Of a stretch of DNA of 64,000 nt, positions 14,040 through 28,900 are shown one piece after another. The notes beneath the pieces are model-generated. The model was not told the origin of the DNA. It did not search any database and worked only from the letters and a program-made list of their open reading frames with translations. The translations under genes and the position numbers were made by a program. Source of the stretch: Paraphysomonas bandaiensis (Eukaryota > Protista > Chrysophyceae); the NCBI GenBank assembly GCA_965644295.1, contig CBFFRP010000178.1:1-64000 (forward strand), read 5' to 3'. Position 1 is the stretch's first letter, and each line of letters begins with the position of its first letter.

Positions 14040-15883
14040 ATGAGCTCAACTCAAGTGCCTATTTCGGCCAAGGTAAATCAAATACTTCAATGATTGACAT
14101 ATAAAATTAATATTTTGACTTTTAGGAGAAGAAAATAAGAGCAATTGCTGAATATAAAGCAAAAAAGGTTAAAAAAGAAGAAGAAAAACGTCAAGAATTA
14201 ATGAAACAATTTCCAAAATTATTTTCACCAGAAAAAATCAAGAAATATCATCAAAGAAATCAACAACGTATTGCACCATCAATTAAAAAACAACTTAGTA
14301 ATATTACTATAATTTCATCTGATACTGAAAATAATGAAAATATATCAGAAAATAAGAAGAATATTCAGATTTCTAGAAAACAATCAAGTACAACAAAAAC
14401 TTCAATAAGAACACATAAAGAATCAAGTATGATGAAAGTATCAAATTCAAATACTCAATCAGTGAAATCTCCAGAAAGTTCTATTGGTAATGAAAGTATC
14501 AGTGATGATAAAGAAGAAGAATTTCACTGTATCTTTTCATTTGAGAATGACTTACTTCATACAAAATCATCCATATCTTTATGTACTGAAGAAACTTCTG
14601 AGAATATGTGTAGTACATCATCTAGTAACAGTGTATATGAAAAAAGACGTGTGTCTTCTATATGTCCCTGTGGACGTGTGTCATGTGGTGAGAAAGTTCG
14701 GAAGTCAATGACCCCTCCAAGATATAAGGATGATACAACGGATCTATATGAGTATACGGATGATATACTAGAATATGAAGAGGAATGTGATATATGTAAA
14801 TCATTAGCACCTCATGCAGCTCAACGGAATCAATTAATGTCTGCACTACGTAATTTTATACATATGAAAAAGAATCAAGTGATACAAACTATACATGAAC
14901 CATCATATGAAACAACAGATATGAAGGATAGACATGAACCATCAGTGGATTCCAGTGTACAAGAAGATTCATATGATATATCTATATGTCAATCTACATA
15001 TGAAAAGAACATCAAGATTATCAGTCCAAATGTAACCCTTAAAGATACTCAAAGTGAGATGAATTCTAGTCATGGAATTTCATGTATGAGTATATCCAGT
15101 CCATTACCTACCTATAAAGAAGGAAGATATGATACTTCTATCAGTCCAAGTGTAACCCTTAAAGATACTCGAAGTGATACAATATTGAATAATCGAGTTT
15201 CTAGTAGGAGTATATCCAGTACATTATCTACCTATAAAGGGGGGTTTTATGATGTATTGGAAACAGGATTATATGATAAAAGAGTTTATATGGAGATTAC
15301 AGGACGAAAAATTAGGGATACATACGTTGAGTATGTAATTCATGTAAAGGTATTTCTATATATGATATATACGTATATATATGACTATAGCACATGTATA
15401 TTCAGTCCCTGACAGATTTTTATTTGTATTGTTCTTACAAGCCTCTGTTGTTTATAGGTTTTGAAACCAGACTATGATGAGGACATCTGCCAGAATGAGT
15501 CGCCATACATCATGCATATGGTGCTCTTCAGACGATATAGCGAATTTCTAGCACTATTTCAGGCGTTATCATTGCATCGAACACTTCAAAGCTTAGTGAT
15601 GAACTTCCCTCCAAAGCAAATACTTCCTTTCGGGTAATTACTCATTATGTTTGCATTGATATACTGTTTTACTACTATATTTTCTGTTGCCCTACATTGT
15701 TTGTTTATAACTATTGATGTAAACAGAAATCGATGGGCCGGCACAGAATTCCTGGATACTCGAGAAGCACTTCTGAAATCATGGCTACAAAAGGTATTTA
15801 ATTTGAAGTTGTGGGAAACTTCTGACTCCGCTAAGCACGTACTTGTACGTGAGTTTTCCAAGTTTTTATCGAATGAGCCATAG
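14040..15883 (+). CDS. PX (phox homology) domain protein with long Ser/Lys/Glu-rich N-terminus, about 4 exons
   Basis: YVEYVIHVK...FRRYSEFLALFQAL...FPPKQILPF...FLDTREALLKSWLQ is a PX motif set. GT-AG introns. An internal duplication of ~39 aa lies at ~15018-15242. Confidence 0.85.
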
Positions 15884-16347
15884 ATAGTGTTGGTTACATA
15901 TGCCGAAACGTTGGAGCTCTTAAGATCCGAAATGGCTTTACAATTTATACTCGTAGCATATTAAAATATTTTAATTAATATTTAGTTTCTTTTACTTATA
16001 TTATATATATAGTAATTAGTAGGAGTGAAAACTAGCACCTATGATAAGAACTACAGCATACGCATATATGTTATCATTGAGAATATACCATTTCAAATTA
16101 CCATTCTAATTAAAACTACTTACATAACTAGCGGTATGATAAAATAACGTAGATTTGTGTTGTTTCGGTTCCATTTAATACAAACTTTAGGTCGGTAGTA
16201 TCAAAATCTGCTCTCTACGTAACAGTAATATACCGCAATAATTAGTTATAATTGCGCAAGCTATAACTAACAATTTAATTAATTGTTACGCATCCCTGCT
16301 CAATGTAGATGTATACCAAGCGTCAAATCTTGAAGTAACACTACTGC

Positions 16348-18891
16348 CTACGTTTTAAGGTCATTAATTCGCGCTGTGAGGCGTGTATAATGGCCTCTCT
16401 TGAAACCTAGAGTGGATAGGTATTCAAACGACAGGTCTCCCATATCGTGAGCTGAAATTAAATCTTGGACACACAAAAATCCCTCATCTACAATGCTCAT
16501 GATGAATCCATTTACGAGATCTTCTGGATAGCCTTGGAATACATCAGGTAACCATGTAGCCAATGCCACATGTCTGATGTCATCAGCGTGCATTTTTGGC
16601 GATGTTGCTTCGGTAACATTCGCGTGCTCTGGAATAGCAGCTAGAACTGGTAGTTCAGGAATAACACTAACATCATTCCTGTCTGGCCCATATGATGCTG
16701 GGGATAAAATGATACCTTGAACACTATGTACACTATGGATAGAGCTGGAAGAAGGCTCTCTAGAAGGTGGCATAATATCTCCAAAGAATAAGCCCTCATT
16801 ATCACCTGGTGATAACGTTGGGTTCATCATATGATTTAGTCCAGAGGATGGATGCAACTGTTGAATTGGTTGCATTGTTAACTGATCGTCCTTCTCATAC
16901 TTCATATCAATACCCGCCAACTCGGGGGATGAAGATGCATAGCTCGAATCCATAGAAAATGTGGACCAAGAAGCAGCATCAGGATACGGTTCAACGCGCC
17001 CGACATTCCCTGGGAGATATATTTCATAAACACGACATATTTACTCTGTTTACTGACCCGACAAAATATTATGAGACTGCATCCCACGATGCATTCCTTT
17101 CTTTATTTCTTGTTGTAGTCCATGCTGCACAATAGATGATTCCTCGCATCGTGCAGTGTGTTGCATTCCGTGTTGTGCAGAGTTCATTGGGGCATTTCCC
17201 AATAAGACTGACCGAAATGAAGATTCACTCAAGCTTTGACCTTTAGAGTCTGTAACAATCAGGAATGATTCAAATACTCACATATCATACACTGCAGTAT
17301 AAAATAAAACCGTACAACATACCATACAATTCAATAAACGAAACAGTCATGCTCTAATATATACTAAAATTAAAAACTGTCAGCTCACCAGTTATATGCA
17401 AATCTCTATTTTCGGGGGAAACATTGAGTCTTTCCATGGAGTGTGGCCTACGGCCTGTTATAGTAGTCCATCCCTCTTCATATTCAGCAGAGACAGAATT
17501 CTGGCCACGACGATTTAATAACACTCGAATCGTATTGCCTTGACCAATTAATTTAAATCGCCCACTAGTATCAGACAGTATTACTTCTTGTAGCGTGAGA
17601 CTCCTTGGTAGCAGGGATGGTCGTGGCACATGGATGCCAACCTGCAGACAATACGGATGTACGTCGCATTAATTAAGCAGATTAATGCATGCAGCCACAA
17701 AATGACGACTACTCCGTACCAGAATACAGTGGAGTGTATTTCGTTTGTAAAAGTATATGTCAATACTATATTCACAGAGTATATATACAACAATACCTCT
17801 GTTAAGGACATCGATTTTAAATGCTCTTTGAACATGTATTTAGCTATATCAGTACGCCACTTTTCACATAAAGTGAACTTCCTTTCCTCTGTAAGAGCTA
17901 ATCCTACGGTGGTCTCACCATTAGGCAATGAGTGGAAATCAAAACGGTTCTCAGTATCAGATTTCAAAACTTCCAAGAGCTTTGTCTTACTACCCAGACC
18001 TCTAGGACGAGTGACATTAGCACCTATAAGCCCCAAAGAAACTCTGATAGTACGAATATTAGGGGGGAAAGTGTACAGTAGATAAATAGATATCACTACT
18101 CTTGATATTTAGTAGTAGCATACACTGGCTACGTTATTTACACGACCAGAGTGATGGAATGCACATGCCCAAGACTAGATCAATAAATTTACCTCCTCTT
18201 TTGAGATGACAAATACTTGGCAATATCCTGCCTCCATGCTTCCCTAAACGCCTCCATTTCTTCAGGAGAAAGCACTCTAGAAACCAGAAGACTATCTGGC
18301 GAACCAAATAACTGGAAGCGATAGGCACTATCTGACCTTATTACATCCTTTATTTTAACCTATAAATAACACAGTAAAGCACTATATATAAGAGTGTTAT
18401 ATACAATGATCACACAGTTTAATCGTAACATATAGTCACATGTAGTAACCTGTTTAGGTACATGAGGTGGTCGTTGTACATCCACAGCAAGTCGAGCCAA
18501 TTCAATTGGCCCATTTGAGGATCTTTCCAGATACTCTAACATAGAAACTTTCCATGCTTCTACCCCTTATAAAAACATATCATATGATATGATATATATA
18601 ACATCCTTGTATACCTTCTTTCATAAGTAACTCATCATTCGATATATATAAAGTATTTCTTCCAACTAAAATATCCGGATTTTCAGGATTCTCAAGTATA
18701 TGAAATCTTAATTTTATATCACTTTGTAATAAATTTTTGATCTCATTTAATGATAATGATGATGAAAAACATGAAATTAGTTCATTTAATTTTATATAAT
18801 CTTGAGATGATAATAAAATATAAATAGCTGCTCTATTTAATGCATTTTCCATATGAAATTGAATGTGTTCTATAGTATGATTATCTTCCAT
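16348..18891 (-). CDS. Multi-exon protein with four ~70-aa winged-helix-like (LOTUS/OST-HTH-like) repeats and a C-terminal SAM-like domain
   Basis: Spliced repeats share W..IakYl...i.L..lg..V.RP......l.evl.SD...RF. The C-terminus is WLPDVFQG...DEGFLCVQDL...LSTLGFKRGH. The gene itself is well supported, the domain names are pattern inference. Confidence 0.7.
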
Positions 18892-19175
18892 GTGAAGAAC
18901 ATATTGTAGATATAAATAGTATTGAATTATGTATGTAATTGTTGTCTAGTAGGGAGGTGAGGGATATATATGGATAGTGTATGTATATATGGATTATATA
19001 TAAGAGTGTTAAGTAGGGGGTGAGTCTATACATATGGGTACCATATGGTTTTAATAAGTGTGTTAAGTAGAATATATTTATCCAATAAATGAATTGAAAG
19101 AATGATTTAGAGGGTTTGATTGGTTAGAAGATGTAGTAGGTTCTTTATGGAATTATCTGTAGGATATGAAGAGTA

Positions 19176-19294
19176 AACGGGTAGTTGGAAAATTGAACGG
19201 GTAGATATTATATTGGCGGAATGAGTAACCCGTTTCAATATTGAACGGGTGGTGTGATAAACTGCACTACCCGTGTGAATATTGGACGGGTAGT
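19176..19294. promoter_or_regulatory. Cluster of ACGGGT motifs, including two AATATT-centred near-palindromes, in a divergent intergenic region
   Basis: acccgtttcaatattgaacgggt (19228-19250), ctacccgtgtgaatattggacgggtag (19267-19293) and two further aacgggtag half sites. Confidence 0.4.
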
Positions 19295-19428
19295 ATGATC
19301 GCCGTATATATGCATATTTACTGGCCTTTATAGCATATGTATGGACATAACTGTCAATAGCATATATAAGAACCATTAAGATCATTTACACTCATCATTT
19401 ACCTCAACTTGCAAGAAAGTTGCATAAA

Positions 19429-20201
19429 ATGCCTCAATTTCTTATTATATACAACATATCTAAGAAGAATAACATTAGAGACCTCTGTTACACTGCAGCA
19501 GCAAATGGGTTCGAAGTATTATACGTCTCTGCATCAGATATACATGGTGAGATACATACATACATACATACATACAAACATACCTCTAATGCTATACTTA
19601 CTAATATATATAGATTTAAGATTGCAGCAGCTGATATCAAATGGACTTCAAATTCAACAATTTCGGAAAATAAACGAATGCAAAGATTTTCTTGATAGCA
19701 TTGAAGTTCCTATAGTTGGCATAGAAATAATGGCGGTATGTGTATATATATTCACAAGGAGTTATATATTTAGTCACATATGTATTTCATACTATCTATT
19801 ATTTATTTTTTCCTACTATCACGTTTCTGAGAACAGGAAGCTAAATCTATTCTCGATGATCCTTTTACCTGCAACGTTGCCTTTATGCCTGGGAATGAGG
19901 TAATATTTATAGTGCATCATTGGATGTTTTTCTGTATCATCATCAATTCTTAACATGCATGGAATGATTATCTTTAGTTTCTCAGCCTTAGATTTCTGAT
20001 AATGTATATCTGCAGGGGGTGGGTATGAGCGATAAGCAAAAGAGTGTATGCAACGAGTTTGTATATATTCCTCAGTACGGCACTGGAACAGCTTCATTGA
20101 ATGTGAATGTTGCAACTGGGTTAGTTTTACATAGGTATTCGCAATGGTTGCTAAGCAATCAAGCTAATTCACCGATTGAAGCCAGTACAAACGATAGATA
20201 G
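19429..20201 (+). CDS. SpoU/TrmH-family RNA 2'-O-methyltransferase
   Basis: IIYNISKKNNI (motif 1), VAFMPGNEGVGMS (motif 2), FVYIPQYGTGTASLNVNVA (motif 3). Three introns. Confidence 0.92.
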
Positions 20202-21283
20202 TCTTATTTTGCGTGAATAAATATATGGATAATACATAATATTTGTTTTTGTTTATATTCATCAGATTAAAGGATAATTCTTCCCATAACTAGGAGCTAT
20301 ATTTGCTTCAAGCTACTTCAATGGTTGTTGCCCCATTCCGAGGGCGTGGCCATAGTGTAGGCTGGCTGGTGCACCACCTAAAACACCGAGATATAGCACT
20401 GATTCTACTACCCACCCACCCGTGTACCAACGTAGCTGACCACATAGATCACGCGCAGATTCTGATGCCCCCCTACCTGTGTTAGCCTTTGCTGAGATTA
20501 CGCGGGATTTCTCATAACTCTGCATGACTTTTATATATGTAATTCGCGCAGATTCTAGTAGGACCATGTGTACCTTCCCACTATTACCTAACAAAGATTA
20601 CGTGGTGCTTCTCGTAACCATGCATGACTCAGTATAGGTTTAGTTTGACATTGGCCGCCGCCCCACTCCCCTAGAATGCGCGGGGTTTCTCGTAATCTCA
20701 TATAGGCTATGCAAGTATAGTGTATATCTAGCTAGAGTTTTCTTGGTGCCGACTCACAAAGAATGCGCTGAGATTTTTATTAATAGTCTATACTTTACTT
20801 AGCTTAGTCAACACTAGCACTTCACTAGGGTACGCTCTCAGAATGGGGCAGCTGTGTATATTGTATATCGTCGTCCATGCCATCACCAGCTGTATATGAG
20901 AAGTATCAATGTCGAATTAAGAAGGAGCACTACCTGTATACTAACACAGTGAACTAAAATGTTTAAGAGTAGTGCTATACGGATGCAACTGTGGTTTCTC
21001 TCCTCGTTTTCCTCGCGCAGCGATTATATTTTGTACAACATACAACACAATGAGTGATAGCAATGGTATGCGATACAAGTGAATGCTGGTGAAAGTCAGT
21101 TTTATTATTTCTTCATATCAACCAGATTAAAATCTACACCTCCGTCAACTATATCAAAAGTAAATTGTGCAGCCTATAAAATCATGATGCAGTTGTGACG
21201 TGGTAACATAACATGCGCGCTCAACTTCAGCGCTGAAACAACCAACTCAAAACTGCAGCACATCGCGGGCCATACGCTTACTC

Positions 21284-22192
21284 TTAGATTTTGCCATCAT
21301 AATGCTTCACCACTGGTGGAAAGAACTTGGGTTGCTGTGTGGTTAAATATCCAGTTAAAAAATATACGAATAGGAATATATCACAACGACAAATCATACA
21401 CTCCTCACATATATACTTTCAGAACATAGACATACCGCCAAATAAAACATCGCCAAGAAAATTCCGAATCCACATGTTACTATGCCTGACAAGAGATCCA
21501 GGCCTTTCGGGTGGTCTAGATCTAGGCCGAACGCCATCAACCCGACACTGCAACAGATGAGATTGATTATATACTCCGATAACATAGATCTCAACATAGA
21601 TATTGACAACGCACGTACTTCTATAAGCTACATAGCCGCACCATGCTCAACAGTATTAGTAATAGTATGGGTATTATGTCAGTAACTTATGGTACATCAA
21701 TTATAAGTATATAAATAAATAAATGAGTGTATGGTAATCCCACTTACAAGAACATGAAGCAGCCTTTGCTTGCAGGATTATAAAGAAACCCAAAATTTCT
21801 TTTAAAATATCCATCAAATAATTCAATTGGACGAAGTTGTACTGTTTCAAATGTAAATAGTATAGCTGACATTAATATCATATATAATGCCAAGAAAACT
21901 TGTCCAGTATCCTTTTCACTCTCTGCATGTGATATACACAATGCAGCAACAGCTGAATGCATTATACATATACCCAATATAAATATAAGAATAATTGAAT
22001 ATATAAATAATTGAAATGAATTTCTTTTTGGTAATGAATCTTTTATAAGTGGAGACTCATTCTGTGCACTGTATATAGATAGATAGACAGAGACACAGAG
22101 ACAGAGAGACAGAGAGAGACAGAGAGAGACAGAGAGAGAATTAGAAGATATCATTAAATTAATAGATATTCTTACCTTGTTGTATCATCCAT
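21284..22192 (-). CDS. COPI-associated (TVP15-like) membrane protein, 4 exons
   Basis: FLALYMILMSAILFTFE...YFKRNFGFLYNPASKGCFMFFVGLMAFG pattern with four hydrophobic segments. Last exon QPKFFPPVVKHYDGKI*. Confidence 0.8.
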
Positions 22193-22908
22193 AGTTTATT
22201 TATAATAGAAGAATTTCAAGTTATATAAGTATGATAGTTATAAGTATGGATGAAACACTGTCTTAAGAGATGTGTGTGTATGTATGTATGTATGTATGTA
22301 TGTTTGTATGAGGAGAGTTAACTGTCAACCTAAAGGTCTCAGAAACCATTGATTTCTGGACTGTATTTCTGGAATTTATATGGTATTATTTATTGACAGT
22401 GACTTAAAATCCCATATTTCTAGATGTATGTGGTGTATATTACAACATCGTACGTACAGCAAATGACTGCTCTGTACAAATACACCAACCCAGAGCAGTA
22501 CATACATGTACATACATACATATGTACGTACATACATACGGTATGGTAGACAGCACAAATCATGTACATAGTTCTGAGTATATTTACATATACAAAAAAC
22601 ACACATTTTCTATCCCCATAAGATTAAAATATCCCGGAAATAATATACTGGGGTATAAAAACACGAGGTTTTTATGTGTCCCCTAAAAGTTGCATTAAAC
22701 TAGCCAAAGGAAGAAGCATCCTCTACAACTGCATAGATTATTGATTACCACTCCATAATTAATTGGAAAAAGAACACAAGATACACCCTCTATATCCTTT
22801 AGTCCCATAGAGAGCAACTTGTGTTTCTTTTAATAATCATATCGTCAATTAGTGCATTGCTGGATTTATAGGGAATTACTTACCTATTTATCCATATATA
22901 TACATACA

Positions 22909-25900
22909 ATGACATTAATAACCCCTACATGTGTATTCCATGATATCCCCTCAATATTATCTCTATCATCTGTACTCACAAATACAGCCCTATTCTTTAT
23001 ACGGTTTATATTTTGTCCTCATACAACACACGTATCGTACGTATCTATCGTTTGGTTGATTAATATCATCATATATATAGTATTTCTTGTAGCTCTATCA
23101 TTCGTTATCTATAGAGAGAAATCCTGTAATATAGTTGCTTTCCTTATACTTCTCATATCATTGAACTGGTTTGTTAATGTATGTTCATTATTCTATAAGA
23201 AAGTATCCGTTTTCGGGAATGCTTTCGAGTTACAGTTATTTGTCTCTCTTCTTGAGATAACCACAATTTCGTGGTTGACTGTGGTAGTATTACATAGCGA
23301 GACGTTGATTGAGATTCCCATTTATTATTGGTTCATTACTCTTGGTTCCACGTTCTGGTCATGTTTGTGCAACAGCTTGTGGGTGAATTCGATCTACGGT
23401 GTCAGGAATGGTTCTTATGGATTAATGGAGCCTCTTGACAGTGCAGAACAAAGCACCGCTTTTGAAAGCAATTATATATCCCCAGCTGAGCGGAAAATAT
23501 CTCAGAGTACTTTCTTTCTGTGGTTTACTGCTGTGTTGGACATAGGAAGTGGTGAGGAAATGGTGTTAGACGATTTAGTTGAGCTCCCAGAAACTATGTG
23601 TGCGACGAATACTAGATATAACTTTGGGAAGCAAAACATCTCATCAACTGAATCAACAAACTCCAGTGTTACTTCGACATGCTGTGGTATTGGAGAGTTT
23701 GTTTTCAGTTCTGTGTTCTATATGGCAACATGCAACTGCAAAAGGAAAGGCAAAGTTGACAGCCAAGATGACAGCGGTGTGCCAGTGCTGGTGATGGCCA
23801 AACCATTGGTACATGCTATACTCTGTGAAGGAGGAAGGGGTTGGTTATTTGCTTATTTGGGTTTGTTAAAGCTATTTGCGTTGCTGACATCTTTTGCTGG
23901 GCCTCTATTATTGGGACAGATGGTGGGCTTGGTTGAGAGATCCCCAACGGCTAAAGATATACCTTTTGGCTTATTGCTGGCCACTGCATTAGGTGCATCG
24001 TTCGTACTTCAAGCTGTTCTAAATGTTCAATTTACAATACGGGGAAACCTGATTCAAAACAAAGTACGGAGCGCACTTTCATTGGGTACGGATCGTTTTT
24101 CTCGTGATGTGTTTATGTTGATAAAGTTTCTGTATGTTTCAATATATAGTATATATATGAAAGATGCGTGAAGTGATATTGTGTTTGCTGTGGTTTTGTT
24201 GTTTGAGACGTTTCGTACACTGAGTTTAACGGTGTATACGATTCTTATATCCAGGCTTGTTTTCACGTGCCTTAAATATCCCTCTATGTCAATACATTGC
24301 GATTGGGTTGACTGATGCAAAAGTGGCCAATATGTTGCAGGTATATATCGGTTAATGTATATTTCTTCCATTCATACGACTGCGATAGACATATATATAT
24401 TTATGTACTTAATATTTATAAGGTGTAAAGGATTTATTGTTTAGGTGGACGTACAACGAGTTGGTGATGTGATAACTTCTTTGCACGACCTCTGGGCGTT
24501 ACCTTGCCAGATAATTATTGCATTCGCCCTGTTGTATATCCAAGTCAACGTGGCGTTTGTGACTGGCATCTTTCTCATTGCTGTTATGATACCTATTAAT
24601 CGATTTATTGCTGTTCGTATCGGCCAAGCGACGGAAAAGTTAATGAGTCATAAAGATGCCCGTGTAAGACTTATTGCGGAGTGTGTTCGAGGGATTAAGA
24701 GTGTGAAAATGTCTGGGTTGGATGAAACAGTGGGAAAGTTGTCTATGTGCCATAGAAATGAAGAGGTCAAGTTTCTCTCCACCCGAAAATATTTAGATTC
24801 GTGGTATGTGTAGCTCCAACATTTTGAGCAATAAAATATATTTCGTTTAATGTTCAGTTTATATCTGTACACTTATATTTAAAGTTGTGGTGGCATACTT
24901 GTTTCATGTAACTCAGTATATTCTAGGTGTGTTTTCCTATGGGCTTCAATGCCTTTACTTGTTCCGTATGCGACCTTCGTGACCACAGTTGCTGTTTTGG
25001 ATAGAAATCTAACGGCGTCAGAAGTGTTCACCACCATTGCGCTTCTAAATATGCTGATTTTTCCTATGAATGCGTTTCCATGGGTTATTAATGGCGTTGT
25101 CGAAGCATCTGTCTCCATTCGAAGACTGGCAACACTATTGGTTGACCGAGCTGATAGTGATTCTCCAAATCTGGACTTTGGAATGGCTTCTTCCTCCAAA
25201 AAGAGAAATATTACGAAAAATGGAAGAGTATTTACCAACTGTGGAAATGATGAAAGTATTTGTTGTAAGGACACCTATTACGAACCACCTAGTCAAGAAC
25301 CTATGACTCGTAATACTGTATCATCTCGTAATGATCTGGTGTGTGCTGTAAATTTAACTGCTTCATGGGATAAAAGTGTTGTGTATGGGTCATCTTCTCA
25401 TGAAGTACTTATGAAATCGCAAGACCATTCTCTTGATGATCAGATTAAACTTGTTGACGATTCTGTAGTAGCAAAGCGATTTGGAGATCCGTTGTTTGCC
25501 GTAGGACCTCTTACACTAAATAACATTACTCGTGGCAGCGTTACTGCTATTTGCGGTGCTGTTGGCAGTGGAAAGTCAACTCTTTTAATGGGGCTGCTCG
25601 GAGAATGCTACACCTGTGAGGATGACAGTCCCTTCATTATTGATTCTGTGTCCCTGTGTACACAAAGTCCATCATTGCATGCTGGCTCAGTAAAAAGTAA
25701 CGTGTGTTTTGAATCAGAGTATGTGTGGGAGCGATATCTTTATATCATGAAGGGTTGTTGCCTGGATATTGACTTCAATGTGACAGAACATAATAATGGG
25801 GAGGATAAACGACTGGACGAAAGAGATGTTGGTCAAGGTGACTTGTGTATGTATTTTTATATATGTTTCGTTTAATAAATGTGCTTTAAAGTACCATACC

Positions 25901-28900
25901 ACCATGTGGTTTATGCTTGCTGTCCTTTTGATTTCATGTTTTTTTGCATTCTTGTTAATTGCCAATAATATGGACTCTCTCTACAGGAGGGAATCGACTT
26001 TCAGGAGGTCAAAAACTTCGTGTTGGTATAGCTCGAGCACTCTATTCCCGCTCCGAACTGGTTATTCTAGATGACCCATTTTCCGCACTAGACAACATAA
26101 CAGCATCACATATAATGTCTTTCATTGTATCTATATGCAAGGTTGAAAATAGGGCTGTCATAATGGCCACGAATGACCTTAATTTACTCCACTATGGAGT
26201 ACAGAATGTAATTATGCTGTCAAACGGGAATGTAGTCTCCCAAGGATCACTGGAAGACGTGTATATCTCGTGCGATGATTTCAAGAAGTTGATGCAACAC
26301 ACAGCGCGTCATTGTAGCAGCTTTGATATGCAGCATGTCACGGAAGTGCCGCCAGAAATTAAATACAGCACGGAACCGGGGAAATTGCAAAATATAGAAG
26401 ATGACTTGCAGAGTTTGGAAAGTGAAAATAATGAGCACATGGAAAGGGGCGAGATTGGCTCTGCTGTAGTACTTGCATACGTCAAATCTATTGGATATGG
26501 GGTTGTTTGGTTGATTTTGATATCCACTTTTCTTATGCAGGTATGTATTGTAGAATTACTGTTTGGCGGACTTGTATCCATGTGTGATGTGGTGTTACAC
26601 TATTTTGCTGCAGTAGTTGCCCATGGCCTTATTTCAGTATTGTAGGCAACAGCGAATGGCATGGCAGTGTGGCTTGCTTATTGGACGGAGCACGCAGATA
26701 CAATATCGAATTATACTTTTCTGTATATATCATCCGCTATAGTAGCAGGGAATGTGTTTTTCGCACTCTGTCGGTCGTTTTCATTTGCGTGGGGCGGGCT
26801 TTTGGCTGCGAAGCGACTCTATTGCAGATTGACGGATGCGACCCTTTCCACGTATTTGTTTTTTTTCGAGACCAATTCGTTGGGAAGGATTATTAATAGA
26901 TTTGGAAAAGATACAGATATAATTGATGATCAGTTACCATTTCAATTGAATCGGATGCTGGCACAGGTATATACATCATAAAAACTCCTGTGCCACTGTG
27001 TTACAATATCGTAAGAGGAATGCATTATGTAGTATTGGAATTAGTACACTGTACGACATATATTTATTTATTACAATGATTATATTTTCATTCTACAGGT
27101 GTTCACTTTATTGGGGGCTATTATAGTGATATCGACATCTAGTGTTTTAGTTGTTGGAGTCATATTTATTGTAGCGATACTTTATTACCGACTTCAACGC
27201 TTTTATAGGAAGTCGTCGAGGGACTTGCGGAGACTGGAGTCCATTTATAAATCTCCAGTTGGAAATATTCTCCTTGACTGCATGGCTAATGCTGCCACTA
27301 TTAGAGCTCATAAATTGGAGCAAAAATTTGAACGAATTATGTCTAACGCCATCGACGCATCACAGCGTGTTAGTTTGTCGTCCAATATCGCTGGCCAATG
27401 GCTTGCTATTCGGTTACAATTTTTAGGAATAATGATAACATTTTCATTGGCTGTAGTGGCTGTCTTTAACGCAGTGTATAGCATTGCGCCCTTATCACCA
27501 AGCATGCTTGGTTTGTCACTCTCATATGCATTTGCTTTAGTTGGCTATCTGAACGGCTTAGTTAATTCGGTTATTGAAACTGAACAGGAAATGATCAGTG
27601 TTGAGAGAGTTCATGAATACACGAATCTACCGTCAGAGTATTCTCAAGAGGAGCCCTCAAATGCAAATTCTCCTGAATCTGGAATTGTGTATCCTAATTG
27701 GCCGTTGGATGGAAGCATTGAACTGGAGAGAGTAAGTTTCAGCTATGATAGAGAGAAATTGTTTGTGGGTTCTTGTGGGAGTAATGTGGACATTCGTGAT
27801 ACTATATCGACATCCGGTTATAGTATAGTGAGCAGTGATGCATATATGGCACTACAGCATCAAGATGACCCGACAGACACCCAGAACACTCTATACGGTC
27901 TCCATGGTGTGGATATTCAGTATGCATTGAAGAATGTGTCACTTTCTATAGCAACTGGCTCTAGAGTTGTTGTGATTGGACGGACAGGTAATTTACACTA
28001 CGTCTAACTAGTTGATAGACGAGTTACATGTTCACCTCATTCATGATTGTAATGCAGTAAGGGTTGTATTTTAGATTTTTTTCATGTTTCTTTCTGATCT
28101 CGTACTGATTTAAACAGGAAGTGGAAAATCATCGTTGCTCCGCACTCTGTTGAACCTGAACTCTTCTTTCTGTGGAACAGTGAGAGTTGGTGGCGCAGAT
28201 ATTAGGGAAATACCTAGGAGATTGCTGAGAAGTTGTTGTGGTGAGTAGGTACAAATTGATATTACTGGTTATTGTTCACAACATCGTAGGAGTGATATCC
28301 CAGGACGTATTTTTGTTTTCAGGCTCTGTTAGGGAAAATCTGGACCCGGCTTCAATGTACACAGATGACCAGCTTATACAGGTATGTCTGTGGGTATAGA
28401 ATATGATAAATCTTGTGGAATATCTGACTCATTTATCATGGGAGTATCGTTGCATCCCAATTGAATTTAAGTGGACTATTATATACCGTGAAGTATATGT
28501 ATATATTGCTGATATGTTTCAGCACTATGACTTAAATATGTTTATAGGCTATTATTGATTGTGGCATTATGGACACATTTAGTGAATCCAGTGACATTGG
28601 AAAAGTTTTGAAATCGTGCCGCTCACAAGAAAAGGCCCAACTACAAACTGGTTTGGAAGATAAACTAAAAGAATTCGATACGACAGGATCCACAGATAAT
28701 ATTGTGAGGCACGCCGCTGCGGGTATTTTATTGGATATGCTGATTTGCGATGGTGCTTCGACGTTGTCTCAAGGACAGAAACAGCTCCTCTGTGTGGCTC
28801 GTGTGATGCTATGTATGGTTATCACAACTTGGTATTTGTTAATATAGGGCGTATATCACCTGTGCCATATTTGTACTGTTTGACCATGAATACACGTAGT

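Noticed and set aside
26040-26190. Non-canonical NBD1 residues in the ABC transporter (LDD, ATND)
   Set aside because: A degenerate first nucleotide site is normal for ABCC proteins.
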